64,000 nucleotides of DNA, from the NCBI GenBank assembly GCA_963758495.1, contig CAVWVI010000004.1, positions 832,001 to 896,000 on the forward strand. Direction: 5' to 3'. Both the position numbers and the translations under genes were made by a program. The DNA comes from Oligoflexia bacterium. Its GTDB lineage: Bacteria; Bdellovibrionota; UBA1018. Under the pieces are notes generated by a model, which had not been told where the DNA came from, ran no database searches, and saw only the letters and a program-made list of their open reading frames with translations. Shown here one piece after another: positions 1-11,145 of the stretch. How positions within the stretch are numbered: position 1 is the stretch's first letter; the number at the start of each line of letters is the position of its first letter.

Positions 1-1
1 G

Positions 2-703
2 CCCACCGTACACATTGCCCCATCGGGAGTTTTTGATTTAGTTTCTGAATCCGGATTAGTAGCTAAATTAGTGCTTTTTTTGTTACTGAGTATTTCAATA
101 ACATGCTGGGCCATCATTGCAATTAAATGGAAAATTCTTCAACTAGCGCATTCACAAAATAAAAACTTCATTCATGCGTTCTGGAATGGAAAAAATATTG
201 ATGAAATTTTAACCCAAAGTGAGCAATTTCCAAACTCCCCTGTCGCATCAGTTTTTAAATATGGTGTTAAGGAGCTTAGAAAATTGCAAACGGGACACGC
301 AGACGCCTCTCCGACGAATTTCGAAAAAATTGAAAATATTTATCGAGCCCTCAATCGAGCCTCTACCTCTGAAATTTCAATTCTAGAAAAACATGTCGGT
401 TGGCTAGCGACCACTGCAAGTGCCGCCCCCTTTATGGGCCTTTTTGGAACCGTTTGGGGAATCATGAACGCCTTTCAAAACATTGGGACAACTGGAGCTG
501 CAAATCTCGCCATTGTTGCACCAGGCATCTCAGAAGCCCTGATCACCACCGCCGCGGGAATTGGTGTCGCCATACCGGCAGTAATCGCCTACAATTACTA
601 TGTCGGCCAGATTAAAATAGTCGCGACTGACATTGAATGTTTTTCCCAAGATTTTATCAACATCATACAACGAAGCTTTTTAATTGGAAAAAAGGGAACA
701 TAA
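2..703 (+). CDS. tolQ: MotA/TolQ/ExbB proton channel protein (5'-truncated by window edge)
   Basis: LATTASAAPFMGLFGTVWGIM and APGISEALITTAAG motifs; frame is open back to base 2; first gene of the tolQ-R-A-B order. Confidence 0.92.
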   Translation, partial: PTVHIAPSGVFDLVSESGLVAKLVLFLLLSISITCWAIIAIKWKILQLAHSQNKNFIHAFWNGKNIDEILTQSEQFPNSPVASVFKYGVKELRKLQTGHADASPTNFEKIENIYRALNRASTSEISILEKHVGWLATTASAAPFMGLFGTVWGIMNAFQNIGTTGAANLAIVAPGISEALITTAAGIGVAIPAVIAYNYYVGQIKIVATDIECFSQDFINIIQRSFLIGKKGT

Positions 704-704
704 C

Positions 705-1157
705 ATGAGTTTTGGAGGAATAAAATCAAACGGGAATAAATCTTCCAGCCTTTCTGCTCCAACCACTCTTGCTGAAATCAATGTCACACCTTTAGTTGAT
801 GTGATGTTGGTATTGCTCATCGTGTTTATGATTTCAGCACCTCTGATGCAGCAAGGAATAAAAGTTGATTTACCTAAGACAAATGCTGGGTCATTAAATG
901 AAGTCCCTGAACAACTCATTCTTACTGTGGATAAATCGCGGCAAATTTCCATTGCAAACCATGTGATCCAAAGTGGCACACTCTTTAAAAAGCTAGAAGC
1001 TATTGCTTCAGCAAAACCTGGCATTGAGATCGCTATTCAAGCTGATCAAAATGTTTCTTATGGTTATATTGCTCAGGTTATGGCGGAAGTAAAAAGAGCG
1101 GGAATTGTTCGAGTTGGCCTGGTGACCGAAGCCGGAAATACTCATTCTAATTTATGA
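705..1157 (+). CDS. tolR: ExbD/TolR biopolymer transport protein
   Basis: EINVTPLVDVMLVLLIVFMISAP motif; ATG at 705 just after the tolQ stop. Confidence 0.92.
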   Translation: MSFGGIKSNGNKSSSLSAPTTLAEINVTPLVDVMLVLLIVFMISAPLMQQGIKVDLPKTNAGSLNEVPEQLILTVDKSRQISIANHVIQSGTLFKKLEAIASAKPGIEIAIQADQNVSYGYIAQVMAEVKRAGIVRVGLVTEAGNTHSNL

Positions 1158-1214
1158 ATCGTCAGAAACAGCAAAATCCATCTATGACGGTAAGCACTAA
1201 AGGAACTACTCGCC

Positions 1215-1991
1215 ATGAAGCAGGACGACCTCAAGTTAACTAAGGGACTAAAATGGTCTGTTTTTGGCCACGCCCTTCTTGCTTTACTTATTTTAGGAAA
1301 GAGACTCATCTTTCCAGATCAGGTCCAAATTTACATTCCCACTTTAAGAGTCGATCTCGTGGGACTGCCTGATATTTTAAAAAAAGACCTGAAGCCCTCA
1401 CAAAAGTCCCAATTCAATCAAGATATTGCACAGGTGCTTAAAAAGGCAGAGAGGGATGCAAATCGGATTAAAACCACCAAGCCTACTCCCATCAAGGAAT
1501 TAGCCAAGAAAGACGAGATGGTCTTAAAACCCAGCTTACAACATGACAAAACAGTTGAAAAAAGGAATCAGAAGGCATTAAATCGACTTAAAGCTCTCGC
1601 AAAAATTCAAGAATTCCGAGACAAAACAGATACTTCATCTGTGCAACATATCCTAATTAAAGGGAACCAGATTTCTCCCGGATTAAGTTTATCGGGGGAC
1701 GCCAAAGAGGCTTCAGAAGCTCACTATTATGATATCTTACGAGATCGGCTACTGGAGAACTGGACTCTGCCACCTTGGATTGGTCGACAGAATTTCGATG
1801 CACAGGTTCAAATTTATATTAATGCCCAGGGAAAACTTCAACGATTGAAGTTCTTAAAGCCTTCCGGTAGTTCTCAATTTGACAATTTAATCAAGAGAAC
1901 TATTGATCTTAGTCAGCCATTTCCCTTTCCACCTCAGGAATTAAAAACATCGCTGCTCACTCATGGAATTTTAATAGGATTTCCTTTATAG
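1215..1991 (+). CDS. tolA: TolA/TonB-like energy transducer
   Basis: N-terminal TM with S-x-x-x-H (SVFGHAL), Lys-rich linker, C-terminal TonB_2-type domain (SGSSQFD...PFPFPP); lies between tolR and tolB. Confidence 0.8.
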   Translation: MKQDDLKLTKGLKWSVFGHALLALLILGKRLIFPDQVQIYIPTLRVDLVGLPDILKKDLKPSQKSQFNQDIAQVLKKAERDANRIKTTKPTPIKELAKKDEMVLKPSLQHDKTVEKRNQKALNRLKALAKIQEFRDKTDTSSVQHILIKGNQISPGLSLSGDAKEASEAHYYDILRDRLLENWTLPPWIGRQNFDAQVQIYINAQGKLQRLKFLKPSGSSQFDNLIKRTIDLSQPFPFPPQELKTSLLTHGILIGFPL

Positions 1992-2001
1992 TTTTAGATC
2001 A

Positions 2002-3366
2002 ATGACACTCACTAAAATCTTTTCGTTTGTAATTATTTTAATAACGTCTCTTTATAATTTGCCAGTTGGTAATGCAGCGACCAATTCAAATGCATACATT
2101 CCGATGGGGCCGGCCCGAACAAAAAAGACAGTCCTCGCATTTCCGATGATTCGCACCAAAAATCTAATTACCACGAAATTATCGAAAATCATCAATGACA
2201 CCGTACTGAGTGACTTGAGATTCATGGATATTTTTAACATTCTCAATTCTGCGGCTTTTATTGAAGACACCGCCACAGCGGGAATTATCCCTGAAAGCTT
2301 TAAATTTCCAGACTGGACTGGAATTGGCGTTGAATTTTTAATCAAGACCTCCCTCACCGAGAATCCAGATAAGATATTAGTATTTGAAACCCATCTTTAT
2401 GATACTCTAGGTGCCAAGCAGATTTTTTCAAAGAGCTACTTAGCTCCCCAAAAAGACATCAAACTCATTGCACACACCTTTGCAAATGACCTCATTCAAA
2501 CTCTCACTCAATTGCCTGGCATCTTCCTGACAAAAATCGCAATGTCTTGTGATTTGACCGGAAAAAAAGAAATTTACATGATGAATTTTGATGGAACTGA
2601 TGTCAAACAGGTCACCCACCATCGATCCATAGCATTTGCACCTGCTTGGAGTGTCGATGGAACACGCATCGCCTATTCTTTATTCACTCGACATCAAAAC
2701 AATATCAAAAATATCGATCTCTATGAATTCAACTTTACCACGAACACGGTGCATCTCCTTTCGAATCGCCGAGGAATTAATAGTGGCGCTGCCTATTCCC
2801 CAGATGGAAAAAAAGTTGCACTGACTCTGAGCTATTTGGGTAACCCTGAAATATTTTCCCTAGACCTCGGCTCCCATCAGGTGAAACAACTCACAAAATC
2901 TTTTGGGTTCGATGTAGACCCTACTTGGAGTTCAGATGGAGAAAACATTGCTTTTGTTTCCTCTCGAACCGGAGTACCTATGGTCTTCACAATGAAATCT
3001 GATGGCACCCAAGTACAAAGACTCACCTATGCTGGCCGATATAACGCTACACCCACGTGGTCTCCCCAGAAGAATAAAATCGGTTTTGCAGGTTGGATAG
3101 ATAAAAATTTTGATATCTTCATCATGAATCCCGATGGTACTAAAATTGAAAGACTCACAAAAGATCAGGGTGGCAATGAGGATCCCGTTTTTAGCCCTGA
3201 TGGTAATTTTATAGCTTTTAGTTCAAACCGAACCGGGCAGAAAAATATTTATGTCATGAATATAGATGGGTCATTCGTAAAAAGATTAACCTATGGACTC
3301 GGAAGTTGCGTCAGTCCCAAATGGTCAAATCCGCCTACGATAGGAACTTCGGATGTTCAACATTAA
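2002..3366 (+). CDS. tolB: TolB periplasmic beta-propeller protein
   Basis: Signal peptide, TolB N-domain (AHTFAND), repeated PD40 motifs (PAWS.DG, YSPDG, PTWS, PVFSPDG). Confidence 0.92.
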   Translation: MTLTKIFSFVIILITSLYNLPVGNAATNSNAYIPMGPARTKKTVLAFPMIRTKNLITTKLSKIINDTVLSDLRFMDIFNILNSAAFIEDTATAGIIPESFKFPDWTGIGVEFLIKTSLTENPDKILVFETHLYDTLGAKQIFSKSYLAPQKDIKLIAHTFANDLIQTLTQLPGIFLTKIAMSCDLTGKKEIYMMNFDGTDVKQVTHHRSIAFAPAWSVDGTRIAYSLFTRHQNNIKNIDLYEFNFTTNTVHLLSNRRGINSGAAYSPDGKKVALTLSYLGNPEIFSLDLGSHQVKQLTKSFGFDVDPTWSSDGENIAFVSSRTGVPMVFTMKSDGTQVQRLTYAGRYNATPTWSPQKNKIGFAGWIDKNFDIFIMNPDGTKIERLTKDQGGNEDPVFSPDGNFIAFSSNRTGQKNIYVMNIDGSFVKRLTYGLGSCVSPKWSNPPTIGTSDVQH

Positions 3367-3685
3367 AGTCAATTCCAACCACGAAATCGATGAACGTCTT
3401 CGTCGTCGGTACCTGGATCGACTCAATAAAAGGATGAAAAAACTTCGAAAACTCATTGTGGAACGAAATTGGGAAGAATTAAGAATTGAATGTGGACAAC
3501 TCGCCAATAGTGGCGAAACCTTTGGATTTGAAAACCTGACTTCACTTGCAATCTCCACACAAGATGCAATTCCTTTGGGTAAGGTTTCTCGTGCCGCGAC
3601 GCCAACTCATGCCAAAGAAATGGCGGAGTCCCTGATTACCGCGATCGATGCAATCTTAATTGAGCATTCTGTATCTCGCACTTAA
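3353..3685 (+). CDS. HPt-like four-helix protein lacking the phosphoacceptor His
   Basis: RYLDRL...NWEELRIECGQLANSGETFGFENL resembles the HPt pattern H-x-L-K-G-x-G-x-x-F/Y-G-F but has no His. Confidence 0.55.
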   Translation: MFNIKVNSNHEIDERLRRRYLDRLNKRMKKLRKLIVERNWEELRIECGQLANSGETFGFENLTSLAISTQDAIPLGKVSRAATPTHAKEMAESLITAIDAILIEHSVSRT

Positions 3686-3753
3686 CTAGCTTTTGCATCC
3701 ACTGAAATATTTGCTATAGAGAATGATCAAGGGATAAAAAAGGAGAACGTCTT

Positions 3754-5034
3754 ATGGCAAAAGAACGAGTGATGGTTATTAATGGGGCAAGAACGCCGTT
3801 CGTCCGTGCCCGTACAGTTTTTCAAAAATTACCACCCTCTACATTAGGTGGAGCCGTTCTTCGTGAGACGATCGCTCGATCTGACATAGATCCACAGCTG
3901 ATTGAGGAAGTCTATTTTGGAATCGTCAGTGCTCCGGCTGAAGGAACCAATATTGCTCGCGAAGCATTATTTGATTCAGGACTCCCTCCCACCATTCCTT
4001 GCACGACCATCAACCGATATTGTGCATCAGCAGCCGAAGCTGCTGCAGGAATCTCAGCGAAGATCCTTTCAGGTCAAATTGAAATTGGAGTGGCAGGAGG
4101 TGTAGAATCCATCAGCTCTGTTCGAGCCCTTTTTAGCCAAGAGGCCACAGATTTTTTTCAAGATTTCGCTAAAGCAAAAACACCCGCTCAAAAGCTGAGC
4201 CACCTCTCTCACTTTAAGCCTAATTTATTTATTCCTCATGCACCTGGAATTAAAGAACCAACTACAGGGCTCACCATGGGTGAATCAGCGGATCTCATGG
4301 CGCGAGAATTTAAAATTAGCCGTGAAGAACAAGATCAATATGCAGTAGATAGTCATCTCAAAGCACACAACGCCCGAGAGAGGGGCTTTTATAGTACCCA
4401 TGTCATTCCAGTAGGCACGCCTGCTGGTAAAGTCATTGATCGCGATACAGATATCCGTTCAGACACTTCTATCGAAAAGTTGGCAAAACTAAGACCTATT
4501 TTCTATAAAGATGGAACGATTACCGCTGGCAATGCAAGTCCCTTAACCGATGGCGCTGCTTCCGTATTGCTTATGAGCGAATCTAAAGCGAATGAACTTA
4601 AAATGAAGCCCTTGGGAGTCATTCGAAGTGTCGCTTCTGCGGCAGTGGATATTAAAAAGGAACCTCTTCTGATTGGACCTGCATTCGCTATCCCCCGTGC
4701 ACTCAAGCAAGCTGGGGTTCGATGGGAAGATATTGACCTCATTGAAATGCATGAAGCATTTGCAGCCCAAGTTTTAAGCACCATTCGAGCACTTGAGTCC
4801 AAAACCTGGGCGAAGGAAAAATTGGGGATGGATCATGCGATTGGACAAGTAGATCGCTCTAAACTCAACGTAAATGGCGGCAGCATTCCCTTGGGACACC
4901 CTTTTGGGGCTACGGGCGCCAGAATGATTCTTCAAGCCTTGCACGAATTACGAGCACGAAAAAAGAATCTTGGGCTGATCTCTATTTGCGCTGCAAGCGG
5001 AATAGGCTTAGCGATGGTTGTAGAAGCAATATAA
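3754..5034 (+). CDS. Acetyl-CoA C-acyltransferase (thiolase, FadI/FadA-like)
   Basis: TINRYCASA catalytic Cys, HEAFA, NVNGGSIPLGHPFGATGAR, C-terminal CAASG; RBS AGGAG. Confidence 0.93.
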   Translation: MAKERVMVINGARTPFVRARTVFQKLPPSTLGGAVLRETIARSDIDPQLIEEVYFGIVSAPAEGTNIAREALFDSGLPPTIPCTTINRYCASAAEAAAGISAKILSGQIEIGVAGGVESISSVRALFSQEATDFFQDFAKAKTPAQKLSHLSHFKPNLFIPHAPGIKEPTTGLTMGESADLMAREFKISREEQDQYAVDSHLKAHNARERGFYSTHVIPVGTPAGKVIDRDTDIRSDTSIEKLAKLRPIFYKDGTITAGNASPLTDGAASVLLMSESKANELKMKPLGVIRSVASAAVDIKKEPLLIGPAFAIPRALKQAGVRWEDIDLIEMHEAFAAQVLSTIRALESKTWAKEKLGMDHAIGQVDRSKLNVNGGSIPLGHPFGATGARMILQALHELRARKKNLGLISICAASGIGLAMVVEAI

Positions 5035-5291
5035 GCACTGTAAGGAGCCTTGTTGCGCCGGGAATCTAAATCTTTTATTGTGCGCCTGTCACGAAGGACG
5101 AGTTTAAGTTAAACCATCATGATGACATCGCTTTTGTGATAACTTGATAATGAGTGGGTTCAGATCGCCACTTTACCTTGATGAATATATGAATTCTTTA
5201 TGGTTTTTTGCAATTCATCCTTCGTGGCAGGCGCACAATGAAATCTTTACGGCGCAACAAGGCTCCTTACAGTTCTTATCAACAACCCTAA
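5031..5291. repeat. Palindromic dispersed repeat, copy A (interrupted by a MITE)
   Basis: Arms ATAAGCACTGTAAGGAGCCTTGTTGCGCCG and CGGCGCAACAAGGCTCCTTACAGTTCTTAT are reverse complements; similar to copies at 26861 and 60286. Confidence 0.85.
5076..5240. mobile_element. MITE-like non-autonomous element, copy 1
   Basis: Approximately 28-bp terminal inverted repeats (ATTGTGCGCCTGTCACGAAGGACGAGTT / AATTCATCCTTCGTGGCAGGCGCACAAT); flanked by direct repeat AAATCTTT at 5068-5075 and 5241-5248; second copy at 48522. Confidence 0.85.
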
Positions 5292-5408
5292 GGAACTGCT
5301 TCCAAGTGATCTAAATGCTTTCAGTTTAGCAAACTAAAGCCTGTGTAAGCTAAAATTCGACACGATTTCAAGCCACTTATTACTGTACTTTATTAATCAA
5401 GAATATTC

Positions 5409-5437
5409 TTGACACGACCCTGTAAAAAATATACTAT
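5409..5437 (+). promoter_or_regulatory. Sigma70-type promoter for the enhancer-binding protein gene
   Basis: TTGACA-17 nt-TACTAT about 90 nt upstream of the ATG at 5530. Confidence 0.6.
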
Positions 5438-5529
5438 TTCGCACATCTTTTGATAAGAAAGATCAGGAGCCTTCAAATATTACTCATTGCAATGAGCTGA
5501 AGACGAAAAGTAAAGGGATTCGAACACAA

Positions 5530-7170
5530 ATGTTAAAAGGATCAGTAAACCTCCATAAACAAGTCACTCAACTGAGACTTCTGAGTGAATTATCATCTAA
5601 GCTACAAGGCCTATTTGAATCCACAAACTTTTATCAAGAAATCGTCAATATTATTCAAAGCAAATTAAATTATTCATGTATTCAAATCTGGAGTGTAGGA
5701 AATGACCTACAATACACGATCAGAGCCCAGGCTGGAGAATTTAAACCCCACCTGAGAATAGGTCATACTCTTTCCAGTGCCGAAGGGGTGATGGATATCG
5801 TCATCCGTAACAAAAAGAGTTACCTTACGAACAATCTCTGTACTGCACCCAGAGAAGCAAACTCCGACCTCCCTTTGAATTTTTTATCAGAGCTTTGTGT
5901 TCCTATTATTCAAGACAGTGAAGTCATTGCGCTTATGAATATTGGGAGCAATGAATCTCATGCCTTCAATGAAGAAGATCAACTCACATTAGAGGCTGTC
6001 GTTGCTCAAATTGCTGTATCCATTACAAATCAAAAGCTTTACAATGAAGCTAAAAGCTTCAATAAAGTACTTCAACAAGCAGTTGAAGAAAAAACGCTTG
6101 AGCTCCGGCGAGCTCATGAACGTATCTTAGAACAACAACATTTACTCCAAAAAGAGAATAAAGCACTCAAAACATTAGTGAACCAAGATAATAAGACCTT
6201 AGATATTATAGGAAAGAGTCCTGCCATCTTAGGAGTTCTCTCTATGGTAGATAAGATTGCTCCCACTACTGCGACTGTATTAATTCAAGGAGAAAGCGGT
6301 ACGGGCAAAGAACTTATTGCACGTAGGCTGCATTTAAAAAGTGATCGAACTCACTCGCCTTACATTACTGTCAATTGTGGTGCCCTTCAGGAATCATTAC
6401 TCGAATCTGAGTTATTCGGACACGAAAAAGGATCATTCACAGGAGCTGTGAATCAAAAACCGGGACTTTGTGAAATTGCAAATGAAGGCACTCTTTTCTT
6501 AGATGAAATTGGTGAAATGTCTTTGGGGATTCAAGCAAAAGTCTTACGATTCCTTCAAGAAGGCGAATTTTACCGAATTGGAGGAAAACGGCCTATTCGA
6601 GTCAAAGTCCGCGTCATTAGTGCAACCAATCGTGATTTAGAAAAACAAATGAAAGAGAATCGTTTTAGAGAAGATCTCTTTTATCGTTTAAATACAATCA
6701 CTCTCCGAATGCCTCCTCTCAGAAAACGCAAAGAAGACATCCCTGCTTTAATTGATTTTTTCTTAAAAACTTCTCGTTTTGGCAATTCAACGCAACAAAT
6801 TAAACGAATTGATCCACGAGTCATCGAAGTATTTTCGAATTACAGTTGGCCAGGCAACATAAGAGAATTACAGAACGTCATCGAACGACTTAAAATTCTA
6901 GCAGACAATAATGAAATCCGTCTTGAGGATATTCCTTTTACCATTCGGATTCCTAAAGCTCGAACGGAAACGAATGATTTCACCTTGGATATGCCGCTTG
7001 AGGAAGTCGAAAAAAGCCACATCTTAAGAACGCTCGCATATAATCATGACAATAAAACTAAAACGGCACAAACCTTGGGAATAACTATTAAGACACTCTA
7101 TAATAAGCTTCATCGGTATGGAATATTGCAGACACAACTTCCATCAGAAGATTTGGACCTAACGAAATAA
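5530..7170 (+). CDS. GAF-domain sigma54-dependent transcriptional activator (enhancer-binding protein)
   Basis: N-terminal GAF (SELCVPI...F.EED), GESGTGKE Walker A, ESELFGHEKGSFTGA, WPGNIREL, C-terminal Fis-type HTH. Confidence 0.93.
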   Translation: MLKGSVNLHKQVTQLRLLSELSSKLQGLFESTNFYQEIVNIIQSKLNYSCIQIWSVGNDLQYTIRAQAGEFKPHLRIGHTLSSAEGVMDIVIRNKKSYLTNNLCTAPREANSDLPLNFLSELCVPIIQDSEVIALMNIGSNESHAFNEEDQLTLEAVVAQIAVSITNQKLYNEAKSFNKVLQQAVEEKTLELRRAHERILEQQHLLQKENKALKTLVNQDNKTLDIIGKSPAILGVLSMVDKIAPTTATVLIQGESGTGKELIARRLHLKSDRTHSPYITVNCGALQESLLESELFGHEKGSFTGAVNQKPGLCEIANEGTLFLDEIGEMSLGIQAKVLRFLQEGEFYRIGGKRPIRVKVRVISATNRDLEKQMKENRFREDLFYRLNTITLRMPPLRKRKEDIPALIDFFLKTSRFGNSTQQIKRIDPRVIEVFSNYSWPGNIRELQNVIERLKILADNNEIRLEDIPFTIRIPKARTETNDFTLDMPLEEVEKSHILRTLAYNHDNKTKTAQTLGITIKTLYNKLHRYGILQTQLPSEDLDLTK

Positions 7171-7198
7171 CCCCCTGACCTAAGAGAAGGAAGACTAT

Positions 7199-7618
7199 AT
7201 GACGACTAAAACCAAAAAAGAATCTACCAAGAAAACAGCGACGGCTGCTGCTACCGGAGGAGTCACAAAGCCTGAGAAAAAGGGTCTTAAAATGGCCGAG
7301 ACAGCTCCTGAAGAGAGCATTGAGACTGAGGTGCCTTCTTTAGAAGATACTGAAGAACTTGAAGAACAAGCAGAAGCCGCTGCTGCAGAATCCTCCAGCC
7401 AAAACGGCAATGCTGCTGCATTGGCAGCCGCTGCAGGGAACCCTATCGAGATGTCCGCTTCATTTAAGAACTTTCGACATCATCCAGATATGGAAAATTT
7501 TTATCGATTTATTTATGAAAATGATCTTCGCCATGAAGCGTTAGCTATCATTGATGAAATCATGGTTGAAAAGCAAGAGCGGAGATTAGCTAAAGGTCCT
7601 AAAACACAGGCCCATTAA
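7199..7618 (+). CDS. Hypothetical protein with acidic low-complexity N-half and compact helical C-domain
   Basis: 139-aa ORF with RBS-like AGGAAG; C-terminal FRHHPDMENFYRFIYENDLR. Confidence 0.7.
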   Translation: MTTKTKKESTKKTATAAATGGVTKPEKKGLKMAETAPEESIETEVPSLEDTEELEEQAEAAAAESSSQNGNAAALAAAAGNPIEMSASFKNFRHHPDMENFYRFIYENDLRHEALAIIDEIMVEKQERRLAKGPKTQAH

Positions 7619-7696
7619 ATCGGCTCTGCATTTAGCATTTAGATCTGTGAATACTGGATCAGGTCTGATAGCAAATTGTTTGGGGTGCTCATTAAT

Positions 7697-8839
7697 ATGA
7701 AAAAGAACTATCTCTTAACTCCTGGACCTACGCCTATTCCAGAGTCGGTGATTTCAGTTTTTGCACAGCCGATCATTCACCATAGAACTCCTGCCTTTCA
7801 AACCTTATTTGAAGAGGTCCGCGCCGGTTTGAAATACCTCTTTCAAACACGCCAAGAGGTGATTCTACTTTCGTCCAGTGGCACCGGAGCTATGGAAGCA
7901 TCTATCTCCAATCTCTTTAATCCAGGAGATGAGGTCATTACCGTAAACGGCGGTAAATTTGGTGAACGGTGGACAAAGATTGCAAAAACTTATGGGCTCA
8001 CTCCTCGAGAGCTCCTATTAAATGCAGGGGACGCTCTTGAACCTCAACAATTAGATAAAATCGTACGCGCTCATCCTCACGCAAAAGCGATTCTTTTTCA
8101 GGCCTCTGAAACTTCAACAGGTGTCCAGATGCCTACTCGCGAAATTTGCAAAATCGCGAAAGCCGCAGGAATGCTTTCAGTTTGTGACGGCATCACCGCT
8201 TGCGGTGTCTCAGATCTCCCTATGGATGACTGGGAAATCGATGTGCTCTTAACAGGCTCACAAAAAGCGCTCATGATTCCTCCTGGCCTCGCCATGATTG
8301 CCCTGAGTGACCGCGCTTGGGCTGCATGTGAAACCGCAACTCTACCACGGTTTTATTTCGACTTAAGAAAAGAGAGAAAAGCTGTAGTTAAAAATCAAAC
8401 TGCCTGGACGCCTGCAATTTCCTTGATTCAAGGGCTTCAAGAAAGCTTGCGGCTCATTCGAGAAGAAGGTCTTCAAAATACTTTTAAACGTCATGATCTT
8501 TTGGCACGAGCCACCCGAAATGCCGTACACGCTTTGGGAATGGAAATTCTTGCTAAAAAATCACCTTCAACCTCAGTCACCGCTGTCTTGGTCCCTAGCA
8601 GCATCAAGGACGGTAAACAAATTCCTAAACTCATGCGAGATAAATATGGAGTGACCATTGCAGGAGGACAGGATGAACTAGAAGATAAAATTTTTAGGCT
8701 TTCACATTTTGGTTATTGTGATCGATTTGATATTACTACTGGAATTTCTGCATTAGAACTCACATTAAATGATCTTAAATATTCAGTAGAATTTGGAAAA
8801 GGCGTCGGAGCCGTATTACGAACATTTTCAGAAGGATAA
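7697..8839 (+). CDS. Class V PLP aminotransferase (alanine-glyoxylate/serine-pyruvate family)
   Basis: LLTPGPTP, SGTGAME, ETSTGV, TGSQKALMIPPGL (PLP Lys). Confidence 0.92.
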   Translation: MKKNYLLTPGPTPIPESVISVFAQPIIHHRTPAFQTLFEEVRAGLKYLFQTRQEVILLSSSGTGAMEASISNLFNPGDEVITVNGGKFGERWTKIAKTYGLTPRELLLNAGDALEPQQLDKIVRAHPHAKAILFQASETSTGVQMPTREICKIAKAAGMLSVCDGITACGVSDLPMDDWEIDVLLTGSQKALMIPPGLAMIALSDRAWAACETATLPRFYFDLRKERKAVVKNQTAWTPAISLIQGLQESLRLIREEGLQNTFKRHDLLARATRNAVHALGMEILAKKSPSTSVTAVLVPSSIKDGKQIPKLMRDKYGVTIAGGQDELEDKIFRLSHFGYCDRFDITTGISALELTLNDLKYSVEFGKGVGAVLRTFSEG

Positions 8840-10159
<1,320 letters not shown>

Positions 10160-10182
10160 GTCGCTTTTTAAGTCGAGTTTAC

Positions 10183-10211
10183 TTGCACTCAGATCAACTC
10201 TTTGGTAACTG
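10183..10211 (+). promoter_or_regulatory. Promoter candidate of tRNA-Lys(TTT)
   Basis: TTGCAC-17 nt-TAACTG; the same hexamer pair and spacing precede tRNA-Lys(CTT) at 49453-49481. Confidence 0.5.
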
Positions 10212-10225
10212 AGTTCCTCATAAGT

Positions 10226-10301
10226 GAGTCCATAGCTCAGTTGGTAGAGCAATACACTTTTAATGTATGGGTCGATGGTTCGAATCCATCTGGACTCACC
10301 A
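10226..10301 (+). tRNA. tRNA-Lys (anticodon TTT)
   Basis: GAGTCCA/TGGACTC acceptor stem, D-arm AGCTCAGTTGGTAGAGC, anticodon loop CT-TTT-AA, TTCGAAT T-loop, encoded CCA. Confidence 0.96.
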
Positions 10302-10354
10302 CTTATTAAGAATTTTCTTGAATCATAGGCATTCTATGCAATGATTCATCCTAA

Positions 10355-10735
10355 ATGAACTCAAATCAGAAAAAGTCAGGTACTTTTCACAAATCTCTAT
10401 CGGCCATAGTTGCCGCTTTGTTTTTATTCTCAGCATGTTCGAGCACCACCATGATTCGAAGCACAGATCCAAAAGCTAAAATCTTCATAGACGGGGAGTA
10501 TGTTGGCACAGGATCCGTACCCCATTCAGATCAAAAAATTATTGGTTCACCTACTTATGTAAAACTCGAGCGTCCCGGATGCCAAACTGATGCACATATT
10601 TTTTCCAGAAATGAAGAATTTGATGTAGGAGCTTGTATCGGTGGAGTATTTCTCCTTGTTCCTCTTCTCTGGATTCAAAAATACAAACCGGAGCATGTTT
10701 ATGATTATACATGCAAACCGACTCACGAAAAGTGA
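10355..10735 (+). CDS. PEGA-domain lipoprotein
   Basis: Lipobox FSAC; IRSTDPKAKIFIDGEYVG PEGA-like motif; C-terminal hydrophobic segment. Confidence 0.75.
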   Translation: MNSNQKKSGTFHKSLSAIVAALFLFSACSSTTMIRSTDPKAKIFIDGEYVGTGSVPHSDQKIIGSPTYVKLERPGCQTDAHIFSRNEEFDVGACIGGVFLLVPLLWIQKYKPEHVYDYTCKPTHEK

Positions 10736-11145
10736 ACCTCCAGGCTTTCGCCCACTGGAAACCGCTTCCTTTGCTATCTGGAGCTGCTCTCTTTTTTAGC
10801 TTAGCTTGCTCAACAACGTTTCCTTTGGCCACCTTAAAAAGCGGTATCGATAGCCAATATCAATTGGCACGCTGGCAGAAAAAGGGGGATTTTGTAAAAA
10901 GCCCAGGAATACGATTTTATCAAACTATTTTAAGGCTGAGCTTAGGGAGTCATTGCTCACTTTTTCCTAATGACTCGGCATGGAGTCAAGCAACCCATCT
11001 TCGCTGTGGGGCGGGAATCGCCCTATTTAAATCCATGGCAAGATTTTACTTAGAACCCGATGCACCCCGATTAGGACTTCCCATCATCGAGCAGAAAGGA
11101 GCCTTGCTCCGTGAAGACCTTCCAAATCGCTGTAATTTACTTTAG
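10711..11145 (+). CDS. Exported protein with divergent YidD-like (membrane insertion efficiency factor) motif
   Basis: IRFYQ...LGSHCSLFPNDS resembles the YidD IxxYQ...C.F.P.CS motif; possible lipobox SLAC. Confidence 0.55.
   Translation: MQTDSRKVNLQAFAHWKPLPLLSGAALFFSLACSTTFPLATLKSGIDSQYQLARWQKKGDFVKSPGIRFYQTILRLSLGSHCSLFPNDSAWSQATHLRCGAGIALFKSMARFYLEPDAPRLGLPIIEQKGALLREDLPNRCNLL

Noticed and set aside
1191..1210. TAAGCACTAAAGGAACTACT resembling a collapsed repeat remnant before tolA
   Set aside because: Too short, and coincides with the tolA ribosome-binding region
5483..5496. Perfect palindrome CTCATTGCAATGAG in the activator leader
   Set aside because: Single short occurrence with no further support; cannot distinguish an operator from chance
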